In this document: positions 1-12,600 of the stretch, in pieces
Layout: every line of letters starts with the position of its first letter
Position numbering within the stretch: the stretch's first letter is position 1
Assembly (NCBI GenBank): GCA_010909165.1
Contig: MU008204.1
Location: 367,260-431,259, forward strand
DNA length: 64,000 nt
Reading direction: 5' to 3'
Source: Anthoceros angustus
Taxonomy: Eukaryota > Plantae > Anthocerotophyta
Notes under the pieces: generated by a model
What the model was told of the DNA's origin: nothing
Database searches by the model: none
Seen by the model: only the letters and a program-made list of their open reading frames with translations
Translations under genes and position numbers: made by a program

Positions 1-3000
1 CTTGCCTGGCTTTGGGGATGAAAAGAATCCCCGACCAGAAAACTATGCACCTTTCCGTCCATGTCTGTCCACCAGCTCTCACCCGGCTGCTTCCATGCCC
101 TGGTTTCTACTCGCGCTGCCTGCATCCTTTGTGCCGATTCCCACATCTTGGCTCCCGTGTATATATTCGACATCAAGACATATGCTGCAGCATCTTTCTC
201 GTCCAGCTTCACTGCTTCGTTGAAAGCATGGCATCCCACCTCCACATTGCCCCACTTTTGACAAGCACCTAATAGAGTGTGCCAAACTGCAGGGGTAGCC
301 AGTACAGGCATTCTCGTTACCAAAGCTAGTGCCTCGTCCAGTTGGCCTGCACGGCCCAGGAGATCTAGCATGCATGTGTAGTGTTCCACTGTAGGACTAA
401 CGCCGTAGTGTGAGGTCATAGACTCGAAGTACTCTCTCCCCTTGTCCACTAGTCCCGCATGACTGCATACTGTTAGTACACTGAGGAATGTGATGCCAAC
501 TGGCTGTTTACCATCCCCCCTCATTCTCTGGACCAACTTGAAGACCACTTCACTGGCTCCTTGACAGGCGTAGCCTGCAATCAGTGCACTCCAGGTGACA
601 ACGTCTTTTTCGGGCAACGCATCAAACACCCGCTGTGCATCAATCATGCTTCCAGACTTTCCATACATGTATATCAAGCCATTAGCTACAGACCCATCAG
701 CTTGAAGCCCTTGTTGTTCAACTTGTGCATGTAGCTGCCTTCCAAGGTGCAAGGCTGCCACATTTGCACATGCCTGCAAGAGGCATACAAATGTCACGGA
801 ATCAGGTACCGCTATGCCTTCTTCCTGCATAGCGCTGTAATGACGAAGGGCTTCCTGGCACATGCCCTGGTGTGAATACCCTGCAATTAGAGCTGTCCAT
901 GTCACCACACCCTTCTGACCAAGTCCGTCAAACACTTTCTGTGCGTCGTCTAGGCTGCCACACCTTGCATACATGTTCACTAAACTGTTGGCTACAAACG
1001 CATCGCTTTCATGTCCCAATTTTCTAATTTGTGCATGAAGCTGATTCCCCTTCTGCAAAGCTGGAGTGCCCACACTTGCACATGCCTGCAGGAGACAAAC
1101 AAATGTAACAGGATCGGGTAGGGCGATCCCTTCAGCCTGCATAACACTGTAAAGATCAAGGGCTTCCAGGCCCATGCCCTGCTGGGAATAACCTGCTATC
1201 ATGGAATTCCAGGTCACCACGTCCTTTTGACGAAGTCCATCAAACACTCTCTGAGCATCTTCCAAGCTGTCACACTTGGCATACATGTTCACCAAACTGT
1301 TGGATACAACCACGTCATCTTGATGTCCTAACTCTATAATTTGCTCATGAAGCTGCCTCCCTCTCTCCAAAGCTGCCGTGCCCACACTTGCACATGCCTG
1401 CAGGAGGCAAACAAATGTCACCGTATCAGGTACAGCCATGCCATCTTCTTGCATGGCACTGTACAGATGAAGCGCTTCCTGCCCCATGCCCTGCTGGGAA
1501 TACCCTCCCATAATAGCATTCCAGGTTACCACATCCTTTTGACTCAGCCCATCAAACACTCTGTGAGCATCCTCTATGCTGCCACATTTTGCGTACATCT
1601 TCACCAAACTACTGGCTACAAACACATCAGCTTCATGTTCTCGTTCTCTGATTTGTGCATGAAGCTGCTTTCCCCTCTCCAAACCTGGGTTGCCCAGACT
1701 TGCACATGCCTGTAGGAGGCACACAAATGTCACAGAATTAGGTTCAACCATGCCTCCTTCTTGCATAACATTGTAGAGACGAAAGGCTTCCTGCACCATG
1801 CCCTGATAGGAACACCCTGCTATCATGGCGTTCCAGGTAACCACATCTTTTCGCCCCAGTCCAGCAAACTCTCTCTGAGAATCGGCTAGGCTTCCACACT
1901 TTGCGTACATGTTTACCAAACTGTTAGCTACAAACACATCAGCTTCATGTCCTATCTCTCTTATTTGTGCATGAAGCTGCTTTCCCTTTTCCAATGCTGG
2001 GGTGCCCACAGTTGCACATGCCTGCAGCAGGCACACAAAAGTTACAGAATTGGGTATAGCGATGCCTTCTTCCTGCATAGCACTGTAAAGACGAAGGGCT
2101 TCATGCCCCATGCCGTGCTGGGAATAACCAGCAATTAGAGCAGTCCAGGTCACCACATCTTTGTGACCCAGTCCTTCGAACACTTTCTGAGCATCTTTTA
2201 GGCTGCCGCACTTTGCATACATATGTACTAAATTGTTGGCTATGAGTACATCAGCTTGGTATCCTCGCTCTGTAATGTGCCCATGCAGCTGCTTCCCCAC
2301 CTCTAAAGCTGTGGGACCAATACCTGCATATGCCTGCAGGAGACAAACATATGTTACAGAATTGGGTAGAGCAAGACCTTCTTCTTGCATTGCATTGTAA
2401 AGGCCATGGGCTTGCCAGCCCAAGCCCTGCTGAGAATATCCTGTAATTAGGGCAGTCCAGGTCACCACATCTTTCTGACCAAGTCCATCAAACACTCTCT
2501 GAGCATCTTCCAGGCTGCCACACTTTGCATACATGTTTACCAAACTGTTGGCCATTGACACATCAGCTTGATGCCCTTGCTCTGTAATTTGAATATGAAG
2601 CTCCCTCCCCTTCTCCAAAGCTGGGCTGCCCATACTTGCACATGCCTTCAGGAGGCACAAAAACGTCACCGCATTGGGTACAGCTTTACCTATTTCTTGC
2701 ATCGCCCTGTAGAGGTGAAGGGCTTTCTCAGCCATGCCTTGCTGGGAATATCCTGCTATCATAACATTCCACGTCACCACATCCTTTCGAACTAGGCTGT
2801 CAAAGACCCTTTGGGCATCCTCCAAGCTGTCACACTTTGCATACATGTCTACCAAACTATTCGCTACAAACACATCATCTTGATATCCTTGTTTTCTGAT
2901 TTGCGCATGGAGTTGCTTCCCCTTGTCCAAAGCTGGACTGCCCACACTTGCACATGCCTGAAGGAGGCACATAAATGTCACAACATCGGGTACAGTGACG

Positions 3001-4217
3001 CCTCCTTCTTGCATAACAGAGTAGAGACGAAGGGCTTCCAGCCCCATGCCCTGCTTGGAATACCCTGCTATCATGGCATTCCACGTCACCACATCTTTTT
3101 GACCGAGTTCGTCAAATACCCTCTGTGCATCCGTTAGGCTGCCACACTTTGCATACATATTTACCAAACTGTTGGCTACAAATATATCAGCTTCATGTCC
3201 TTGTTCCCTGATTTGTGCATGAATCCCCTTCCCCTTGTCCAAAGCTGAAGTGCCCACAATTGCACATGCCTGCAGGAGGCATACAAATGTCACAGAATGG
3301 GATACAGCAATTCCTTCTTCTTGCATAGCACTGTAGAGACGAAGAGCTTCGTGGCCCATGCCCTGCTGGGAATACCCAGCGATGAGAGCAGTCCAGGTGA
3401 CCACATCTTTGTGACCAAGTCCTTCGAATACAGTCTGGGCATCTTCCAAGCTGCCACACTTTGCATACATGTTCACCAAGCAAGTCCGGACAAAAAGATC
3501 AGACTCCACCCCACTGGCCAACACATCAGCATGCACCTGCTGCCCAGCTTTCAGGTCTAATTCCATTGCACAAGCCTGAAGGGCTGCCACAAAGACATGG
3601 CCATCTGGTTTCACACTGGACCTTCGCATCTTCTGATACAGGTGTACAGCCTCCTTGTGCTGCCCGTGTTTTGCGTGGGCAGAAATTATGGCAGACCACG
3701 TGAAGGCATCTGGTTCGGGAATCAATTGTAACACATCCATTGCGTCTTGCAACCTGCCATGAGAAGCATACATTCGCAGAAGTTGGGTGCCCAGGAACGT
3801 GTCCGACTGATACCCCTGTTCCACCATAAAGGCATGCACTCTGCGACCCAGAACAAGATCGTTCTGAGCCACACATCTCCTCAAGACAGTAGAGAAGAGA
3901 GATTTGGAAATACAACGGTCTGTCTGAACCAGAGCTCCCAAAGCCTCAACAGCCTCAGTGACATGGCCCTTACCACATAGCTTGCTAACGATTTCAGCCG
4001 TCAAGCCCCCTTCGTATCCTGCAGGCCTGCGGTCAGGATCCCAGGCTGGCTTACTGAGATTGTTCTGCCACGGGACCTCCTGGGACTGCATTTGCCGGCA
4101 GTCAGGTGAACAGAGGCTCCTCTTTTCCTGCCCTCCAATGCGGGGTCCAGAAAAGCTTGTTGGCACAGCTGCACCCGAGGACAACCCTCGCTGGAGAATC
4201 CGTCTCCAGCGAGACAT
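1..4217 (-). CDS. PLS-class pentatricopeptide-repeat protein (about 11-12 P-L-S triplets, E1/E2, WW-type PG box); organellar RNA-editing factor candidate; runs off the window start
   Basis: Absent from the ORF track, presumably because no stop lies inside the window. Manual translation from ATG 4217 gives MSRWRRILQRGLSS...QEVPW...RRPAGYEGG...ISKSLFSTVLRRCV. Repeats follow with a 312-nt period (S-motif cores at ~961, 1273, 1585, 1897, 2209, 2521, 2833, 3145, 3457). The end reads ...VWHTLLGACQKWGNVEVG...AAAYVLMSNIY...AWKQPGESWWTDMDGKVHSFLVGDSFHPQSQA, in the same frame as 4217. Arg/Ser-rich N-terminus resembles a mitochondrial presequence. Confidence 0.92.
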   Translation of the reverse strand, partial: MSRWRRILQRGLSSGAAVPTSFSGPRIGGQEKRSLCSPDCRQMQSQEVPWQNNLSKPAWDPDRRPAGYEGGLTAEIVSKLCGKGHVTEAVEALGALVQTDRCISKSLFSTVLRRCVAQNDLVLGRRVHAFMVEQGYQSDTFLGTQLLRMYASHGRLQDAMDVLQLIPEPDAFTWSAIISAHAKHGQHKEAVHLYQKMRRSSVKPDGHVFVAALQACAMELDLKAGQQVHADVLASGVESDLFVRTCLVNMYAKCGSLEDAQTVFEGLGHKDVVTWTALIAGYSQQGMGHEALRLYSAMQEEGIAVSHSVTFVCLLQACAIVGTSALDKGKGIHAQIREQGHEADIFVANSLVNMYAKCGSLTDAQRVFDELGQKDVVTWNAMIAGYSKQGMGLEALRLYSVMQEGGVTVPDVVTFMCLLQACASVGSPALDKGKQLHAQIRKQGYQDDVFVANSLVDMYAKCDSLEDAQRVFDSLVRKDVVTWNVMIAGYSQQGMAEKALHLYRAMQEIGKAVPNAVTFLCLLKACASMGSPALEKGRELHIQITEQGHQADVSMANSLVNMYAKCGSLEDAQRVFDGLGQKDVVTWTALITGYSQQGLGWQAHGLYNAMQEEGLALPNSVTYVCLLQAYAGIGPTALEVGKQLHGHITERGYQADVLIANNLVHMYAKCGSLKDAQKVFEGLGHKDVVTWTALIAGYSQHGMGHEALRLYSAMQEEGIAIPNSVTFVCLLQACATVGTPALEKGKQLHAQIREIGHEADVFVANSLVNMYAKCGSLADSQREFAGLGRKDVVTWNAMIAGCSYQGMVQEAFRLYNVMQEGGMVEPNSVTFVCLLQACASLGNPGLERGKQLHAQIREREHEADVFVASSLVKMYAKCGSIEDAHRVFDGLSQKDVVTWNAIMGGYSQQGMGQEALHLYSAMQEDGMAVPDTVTFVCLLQACASVGTAALERGRQLHEQIIELGHQDDVVVSNSLVNMYAKCDSLEDAQRVFDGLRQKDVVTWNSMIAGYSQQGMGLEALDLYSVMQAEGIALPDPVTFVCLLQACASVGTPALQKGNQLHAQIRKLGHESDAFVANSLVNMYARCGSLDDAQKVFDGLGQKGVVTWTALIAGYSHQGMCQEALRHYSAMQEEGIAVPDSVTFVCLLQACANVAALHLGRQLHAQVEQQGLQADGSVANGLIYMYGKSGSMIDAQRVFDALPEKDVVTWSALIAGYACQGASEVVFKLVQRMRGDGKQPVGITFLSVLTVCSHAGLVDKGREYFESMTSHYGVSPTVEHYTCMLDLLGRAGQLDEALALVTRMPVLATPAVWHTLLGACQKWGNVEVGCHAFNEAVKLDEKDAAAYVLMSNIYTGAKMWESAQRMQAARVETRAWKQPGESWWTDMDGKVHSFLVGDSFHPQSQA

Positions 4218-4752
4218 CCTCTAAGACGAGCGGGATTTCTTGCAAGGGCGAAGGATTGCTGACTACCCAGAGGGTGGCTCCTTGCGGTGGGGTGTGGGCG
4301 GGCTCTTCCTATCACACACGTCGAGCCACCCATCGTTCGCAGGAGCACGCTAAACCAACGGATTCGAAAAATGTTACCACCTGAATTCACAGGAGCTGCC
4401 CCTGGCAATGATGGCAAGGTCGGATCTGCGACCCAAATGGGCAACAGCAAATCGATTCTACACAGTCAGCGTGCATGACAGGCAGGAATGTACCTACATA
4501 AGTGCACCACAGCATACAAACATAGGTAGCCCCTGGGACAGTCCCTGTGAGGGACTTAGCCCAGGATTCCAGGGATACAGTAGCCAGCACACGTATTGTC
4601 CTAACTAACGTCGAGTGTAAGCAGGAAGTTTGGAAGTGTCGTATATAGGCAAGTTTACACAGAGGATCTCGTTTGTGGAGAGGGAACCTTCCCTCTCAAG
4701 GCAGTCGGGATATTCCTTAAGGTAATCGGGATATGTCCAAATGTCCTTAAAA

Positions 4753-4877
4753 AGCAGATCAGGATACGTGGATGTTCCGCGGAATTATGTTTGTGCAATT
4801 CTTTTTTCTCGATGGGCAGATCGGGATACGTAGATGTTCCGCAGAATTATTTTTGTACAATTCTCTTTTCTCGATGG
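4753..4877. repeat. Two-copy ~63-bp tandem repeat
   Basis: gcagatc(a/g)ggatacgt(g/a)gatgttccgc(g/a)gaattat...ctcgatgg occurs twice. Confidence 0.8.
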
Positions 4878-4957
4878 TTTAGGGTTGCAAGCGTCGTTGC
4901 TTGAGAATTAGCTTGGCCAAGTTTAACATCCTACGTCTATTACTTAATCGATTTTGT

Positions 4958-5235
4958 GGGAAGGGTGCTAGCGCTTGGCTGCTAATTGGTCTATGCATAC
5001 AGGGTTTTCGCATTGCACCAACCACCTTCTCCACTGGCTGGTCTTCACTCTTGTTATGGGAAGGGTGCTAAAGCTGGCTGATCTATGCATACAGGGTTTT
5101 CGCATTGCACCAACCACCTTCTCCACTTGCTGGTCTTCACTCTTGTTATGGGAAGGGTGCTAACACTGGCTGATCTATGCATACAGGGTTTTCGCATTTA
5201 CAGGGTTTTCGCATTGCACCAACCACCTTCTTCAC
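4958..5235. repeat. ~92-bp tandem repeat, about 3 copies, upstream of PPR gene 1
   Basis: gggaagggtgcta...ctatgcatacagggttttcgcattgcaccaaccaccttc recurs three times. Confidence 0.85.
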
Positions 5236-5314
5236 TATGATATGTTTTCGTTTTGGCATACTCTAGCATGTGGCTTCCTCCTCCTTAAGGACCTACGAGT
5301 AGGCTCTACCCTCA

Positions 5315-5710
5315 ATGACTCTGAGGTACACCTTCCTCGTTGTCCCCATGGGGTCATCGCATCGCCACCCACGACGTCGTCCGCAATGTTTTGTTTGCCG
5401 TAAAACACGAAACAAACTACATTGGAATGGGGTACACTTTGCGTACAGGTCGCGCAATCAGGGCTCACTTGTCCTTTATCCGTGGCGACTCCTTGCTGCG
5501 AGTACAGCTCTTCCCTCGATGACTCTGAGGTACACCTTGCTCATTGTTCCCACAGAGTTATTGCATCATCACCCACAACACTATCTGCCATGCTTTGTTT
5601 GCCATAACTCACAAAAGCAGCTACATGACCTGGAGGGAGCGGGTACAATCTTCGTACAAGTCGCACAATCAGAGATTAGTTGTGCTTTTGTACTTTATCC
5701 ATGGCGACCA
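5315..5710. repeat. Diverged ~205-bp two-copy tandem duplication
   Basis: atgactctgaggtacacctt...tgtttgcc...gtaca..tcgc.caatcag...tttatcc(g/a)tggcgac at ~5315 and ~5519. Confidence 0.7.
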
Positions 5711-5993
5711 GGTTTCGATGGAGGACATGGTGGTTAATGACCCAACACATGAGACCATCTTTGCTCAGGCCCTCACTCACTGTCCAACCCACCATCTAGG
5801 TGGGAACTGTAGCCAATGCAGTAGCTCTCAAAGAATTGCCCTTCAAACGGCCATGTCGACGATGATTCTTCACAAGGCAACGACTGCAAGTGGCATTTTT
5901 TCCTCATCCTCCATGGTTTGCACGCTATTTGTTCTTCCTGCATATGATTTTGTGGGAGCAAGAGGTGACTAACTCTCTGTTCTTCCTCCATAC

Positions 5994-6170
5994 GACATTG
6001 TGGGAACATCCATAAGACATTGTGGGAGCATCCATATGATGTTGCAGGAGCATCCATATGATATTGTGGGAGCATCCATATGATATTGTGGGAGCAGTAC
6101 GTGACTATAGGTCGAGACATTGTGGGAGATCCATATGACATTGTGGGAGCAATAGGTGACTATAGGTCGA
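5994..6170. repeat. Minisatellite, ~21-bp unit, about 7 copies
   Basis: Repeated ga(c/t)attgtgggagcatccatat. Confidence 0.85.
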
Positions 6171-6600
6171 GAACTTAATCGCTCCCTTTCACCTTGACCC
6201 GCGGAGTCCTCTTGGTTGTCCCCTACCGGATGGGCTTTTCCCATATTTTTTCCCCTTAGTAAAAGACTAGTCTACATACAGCACACAAGTATTAGGTTGG
6301 GCACGCCAGCTATTGCAAAGCATTCAAATATATGTATGTACATAAGTTTACTTGTTTGCTCCCCGCATCTCACAAGTGGCGCCTATGGAACATACGTGAA
6401 ATCGCCCATCTCAAGTTTCACACAGTTCTTGTATCCTTGTGCACATGTTGCTTATTCCCTGGACAGGTTGCTTCGCTGGATATATTCACAGTCGGCCAGT
6501 AATGATTTATGGAGACAGCGTCGGGGTGTGAGGTTTAGGGCAGACGCGATAAACCCTCCCACACAAATGAGATGATCGCCGCTGACATGACACACCTTGT

Positions 6601-9600
6601 TTATTCGTTCCTTGCCTGACTCTTGGTATGATTCTCATCACCAACCAAAAAACTATGCACCTCGCCATCCATGTCTGTCCACCAGCTCTGGCCTGGCTTT
6701 TTCCATGCCCCGATGCTCACTCTCCTTGCTTGCATTTTCTGTGCCTGCTCCCACATCTGAGCACCAGTGTATATACTCGACATTAAAACATAAGCTGCTG
6801 AATCCTTGCTGTCTAGCTTCAATGCTTCGTTGAAAGCATGGCATCCAATCTCCACGTTCCTCCACTTTCGACAATTTGCCAAGAGAGTATGCCAAACAGC
6901 AGAATTAGGCAGTACCGGCATTGTGCTTACCAACGCAAGTGCTTCATCCAGCTGGCCTGCACGGGCCAGGAGATCCACCATGCATGTAAAGTGATCCACT
7001 GTGGGAGTGATGCCATAGTGTCTGCACATAGTCGCAAAGTACTCTCTACCCTTGTTCACTAGACCTGCATGACTACATGCTGTTAGTACACTAAGGAATG
7101 TGACCCCCGCTGGCTCTATGCCATCCTCTTTCATCCTCTCGACCAAGTCAAAGACAACTTCACTGTGTCCTTGACAAGCGTAGCCTGCTATCAGTGCACT
7201 CCAGGCAATACCGTCTCTTCGGGGCAACCCGTCAAACACCTGCTGTGCATCAACCATGCTTCCGGACTTTCCATACATGTTTACCAAACTGCTGGCTACA
7301 AACACATCCGATTGAAGACCTTGTTCCTCAATCTGTGCATGTAACTGCCTTCCCATATGCAAAGCTGCCACGTCTGCACATGCCTGTAGGAGGCATACGA
7401 AAGTCACAGAATCCGGTACAGTAAGGCCTTCTTCTTGCATCGAACTGTAACGACGAAGGGCTTCCAGACCCATGCCCTGCTGGGAATACCCCGCAATTAG
7501 AGCAGTCCACGTCACGACATCCTTTTCAAGAAGTCCGTCGAACAGTCTCTGAGCGTCTTCAAGGTTACCACACTTTGAATACATGTTCACCAAACTGTTG
7601 GCTACACGCACATCAGATTCATATCCTAGTTCTCTAATTTGTGCATGAAGCTGCTTCCCATTGTCCAAAGTTGAGCTGCCGGCACTTGCACATGCCTGCA
7701 GGAGGCACACAAATGTCACGAATCGGTACAGTGATGCCTTCTTCCTGCATCGAACTGTAACGACGAAGGGCTTCCAGACCCATGCCCTGCTGGGAATACC
7801 CCGCAATTAGAGCAGTCCACGTCACGACATCCTTTTCAAGAAGTCCGTCGAACAGTCTCTGAGCGTCTTCAAGGTTACCACACTTTGAATACATGTTCAC
7901 CAAACTGTTGGCTACACGCACATCAGATTCATATCCTAGTTCTCTAATTTGTGCATGAAGCTGCTTCCCATTGTCCAAAGTTGAGCTGCGGCACTTGCAC
8001 ATGCCTGCAGGAGGCACACAAATGTCACGCAATCGGGTACAGTGATGCCTTCTTCCTGCATAACGCGGTACAGATGAAGGGCTTCCTGGCTCATGCCCTG
8101 CTGGGAATATCCAGCTATCATGGCATTCCATGTCACCACATCTTTTGACCAAGTCCGTCAAACACTTTCTGAGCATCTTCCAAGCTCCCACATTTTGCGT
8201 ACATGTTTACCATACTGTTTGCTACAAAGACATCACCTTGATGCCCACACTCTCTAATCTGTGTATGAAGCTGCTTACCCCTGTCCAAGGCTGGCGGGCC
8301 TACACTTGCACATGCCTGCAGGAGGCACGCGAATGTCACCGAATCAGGTACCGCAATGCCTTCTTCTTGCATAGCACTGTAAAGACTAAGGGCTTCGTGG
8401 CCCATGCCCTGCTGGGAGTAACCTGTAATGAGAGCAGTCCACGTCACTACATCTTTTTTATCAAGTCCATCAAACACGCTCCGAGCATCGTGCAAGCTGC
8501 CACACTTTGCATACATGTTCACCAGGCTGCTCCCTACAAACAGATCAGCTTGATGTCCTCGTTCCCTGATTTGTGCATGGAGCTCCTTCCCCTTCTCCAA
8601 AGCTGGGCTGCCGACAGTTGCACATGCCTGCAGGAGGGACACAAATGTTAAGGAATCAGGTACAGCAATGTCTGTTTCTTGCATATCACTGTAAAGCCGA
8701 AGGGCTTCCTGCCCCTTGCCCTGTTGAGAACACCCCGCTATTATGGAATTCCATGTCACCACGTCTTTTTGAACAAGTGTATCAAACACTCTCTGAGCGT
8801 CCTCTAGGCTGCCACACTTTGCGTACATGTTTACCAAACTATTGGCAACAAAGACATCAGCTTGGTGTCCTCTTTCTCTAATTTCCGCATGAAGCTCCTT
8901 ACCCTTCTCCAAAGCAGGAGTCCCTATAGTTGCACATGCCTGCAGGAGGCACACAAATGTTACCGTACTCGGTACAGCGATGCCTTCCTCTTGCATAGCA
9001 CCATAAAGACGAAGTGCTTTCTGACCCAAGCCCTGCTGGGAATATCCTGCCACAAGGGCAGTCCATGTCACCACATCCTTCTGACCAAGTCTATCAAACA
9101 CCCTCTGAGCATCTTCTAAGCTGCCACACTTTGCATACATGTTTACCAAACTGTTGGCCACACCCACATCCGCTTCATGTTGTTGTTCCCTGATTTGTGC
9201 ATGAATGTGCCTCCCCTTCTCCAAAGCTGAGGTTCCCACACTTGCACATGCCTGCAGAAGGCAAAGAAACGTCACAGAGTCGGGTGCAACGATCCCTTCT
9301 TCCTGCATAACACTGTAGAGGCGAAGGGCTTCCTGGGCTCTGCCCTGCTGGGAACACCCTGCTATCATGGCATTCCACGACCCCACATCTTTCTGACGAA
9401 GTCCTTCAAACACCTCCTGAGCATCCTCTAAGCTGCCACACTTTGCATACATGTTCACCAAACTGTTGGCTACAAACACATCAGCTTGATGTCTTCCTTC
9501 TCTAATTTGCCGATGAAGCTCCTTTCCATTCTCCAAAGCCAAGGAGCCCAAACTTGCACATGCCTGCAGGACACCCAAAAATGTCACACAATTGGGGGCA

Positions 9601-12600
9601 GTCTCACCTTGCTCTTGCATAACACTGTAGAGGCGAAGGGCTTCCTGGCCCATGCCCTGCTGGGAATATCCTGCTATCATGGCATTCCATGTCACCACAT
9701 CCTTATGACCAAGTCCGTCAAACACTCTCTGAGCATCTTCCAAGCTGCCACACTTTGCATACATGTTCACCAAACTGTTGGCTACACACATCCGCTTCAT
9801 GTTGTTGTTCCTGATTTGTGCATGAATGCCTCCTTCTCCAAAGCTGAGGTTCCCACACTTGCACATGCCTGCAGAAGGCAAAGAAACGTCACAGAGTCGG
9901 GTGCAACGATCCTTCTTCCTGCATAACACTGTAGAGGCGAAGGGCTTCCTGGGCTCTGCCCTGCTGGGAACACCCTGCTATCATGGCATTCCACGACCCA
10001 CATCTTTCTGACGAAGTCCTTCAAACACCTCCTGAGCATCCTCTAAGCTGCCACACTTTGCATACATGTTCACCAAACTGTTGGCTACAAACACATCAGC
10101 TTGATGTCTTCCTTCTCTAATTTGCCGATGAAGCTCCTTTCCATTCTCCAAAGCTGGAGCCCAAACTTGCACATGCCTGCAGGACACCCAAAATGTCACA
10201 CAATTGGGGGCAGTCTCACCTTGCTCTTGCATAACACTGTAAAGGTGAAGGGCTTCCTGGCCCATGCCCTGTTGGGAATGTCCTGCTATCATGGCATTCC
10301 ATGTCACCACATCCTTTTGGCCAAGTCCGTCAAACACTCTCTGAGCATCTTCCAAGCTGCCACACTTTGCATACATGTTCACCAAACTGTTGGCTACAAA
10401 CATCATCTTGGTGTCCTCTTTCTCTGATTTGCACGTGAAGCTGTTTCCCTTCTCCAAAGCTGGGGTCCCCACACTTGCACATGCCTGCAGGAGGCACACA
10501 AATGTCACGGAATTGGGTACAGCGATGCCTCCTTCTTGCATAGCACTGTAAAGACGAAGAGCCTTCTGCCCCATGCCGTGCTGGGAGTACCCTGCAATCA
10601 AAGCAGTCCACGTCACGACATCCTTTTCAAGAAGTCCGTCGAACAGTCTCTGAGCGTCTTCAAGGTTACCACACTTTGAATACATGTTCACCAAACTGTT
10701 GGCTACACGCACATCAGATTCATATCCTAGTTCTCTAATTTGTGCATGAAGCTGCTTCCCATTGTCCAAAGTTGAGCTGCCGGCACTTGCACATGCCTGC
10801 AGGAGGCACACAAATGTCACGCAATCGGGTACAGTGATGCCTTCTTCCTGCATAACGCGGTACAGATGAAGGGCTTCCTGGCTCATGCCCTGCTGCGAAT
10901 ATCCAGCTATCATGGCATTCCAGGTCACCACATCCTTATGACCAAGTCCGTCAAACACTTTCTGAGCATCTTCCAAGCTCCCACATTTTGCGTACATGTT
11001 TACCATACTGTTTGCTACAAAGACATCACCTTGATGCCCACACTCTCTAATCTGTGTATGAAGCTGCTTACCCCTGTCCAAGGCTGGCGGGCCCACACTT
11101 GCACATGCCTGCAGGAGGCACGCGAATGTCACCGAATCAGGTACCGCAATGCCTTCTTCTTGCATAGCACTGTAAAGACTAAGGGCTTCGTGGCCCATGC
11201 CCTGCTGGGAGTAACCTGTAATGAGAGCAGTCCACGTCACTACATCTTTTTATCAAGTCCATCAAACACGCTCCGAGCATCGTGCAAGCTGCCACACTTT
11301 GCATACATGTTCACCAGGCTGCTGCTCCCTACAAACAGATCAGCTTGATGTCCTCGTTCCCTGATTTGTGCATGGAGCTCCTTCCTTCTCCAAAGCTGGG
11401 CTGCCGACAGTTGCACATGCCATGCCTGCAGGAGGGACACAAATGTTAAGGAATCAGGTACAGCAATGTCTGTTTCTTGCATATCACTGTAAAGCCGAAG
11501 GGCTTCCTGCCCCTTGCCCTGTTGAGAACACCCCGCTATTATGGAATTCCATGTCACCACGTCTTTTGAACAAGTGTATCAAACACTCTCTGAGCGTCCT
11601 CTAGGCTGCCACACTTTGCGTACATGTTTACCAAACTATTGGCAACAAAGACATCAGCTTGGTGTCCTCTTTCTCTAATTTCATGAAGCTCCTTACCCTT
11701 CTCCAAAGCAGGAGTCCCTATAGTTGCACATGCCTGCAGGAGGCACACAAATGTTACCGTACTCGGTACAGCGATGCCTTCCTCTTGCATAGCACCATAA
11801 AGACGAAGTGCTTTCTGACCCAAGCCCTGCTGGGAATATCCTGCCACAAGGGCAGTCCATGTCACCACATCCTTCTGACCAAGTCTATCAAACACTCTGA
11901 GCATCTTCTAAGCTGCCACACTTTGCATACATGTTTACCAAACTGTTGGCCACACCCACATCCGCTTCATGTTGTTGTTCCCTGATTTGTGCATGAATGT
12001 GCCTCCCCTTCTCCAAAGCTGAGGTTCCCACACTTGCACATGCCTGCAGAAGGCAAAGAAACGTCACAGAGTCGGGTGCAACGATCCTTCTTCCTGCATA
12101 ACACTGTAGAGGCGAAGGGCTTCCTGGGCTCTGCCCTGCTGGGAACACCCTGCTATCATGGCATTCCACGACCCCACATCTTTCTGACGAAGTCCTTCAA
12201 ACACCTCCTGAGCATCCTCTAAGCTGCCACACTTTGCATACATGTTCACCAAACTGTTGGCTACAAACACATCAGCTTGATGTCTTCCTTCTCTAATTTG
12301 CCGATGAAGCTCCTTTCCATTCTCCAAAGCCAAGGAGCCCAAACTTGCACATGCCTGCAGGACACCCAAAAATGTCACACAATTGGGGGCAGTCTCACCT
12401 TGCTCTTGCATAACACTGTAAAGGTGAAGGGCTTCCTGGCCCATGCCCTGTTGGGAATGTCCTGCTATCATGGCATTCCATGTCACCACATCCTTTTGGC
12501 CAAGTCCGTCAAACACTCTCTGAGCATCTTCCAAGCTGCCACACTTTGCATACATGTTCACCAAACTGTTGGCTACAAACGGGTCATCTTGGTGTCCTCT

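Noticed and set aside
1-110. Possible U-to-C (DYW:KP) editing factor
   Set aside because: The PG box is PGxSWWTD (WW type), not KPAxA, and no deaminase core is visible.
4001-4450. Separate 149-aa gene upstream of PPR gene 1
   Set aside because: It overlaps the PPR N-terminus in another frame and has no independent domain signal.
5994-6170. Short regularly repeated units resembling a CRISPR array (also the 14-mers at 56.7 kb)
   Set aside because: No unique spacers of constant length, no cas genes, eukaryotic context.
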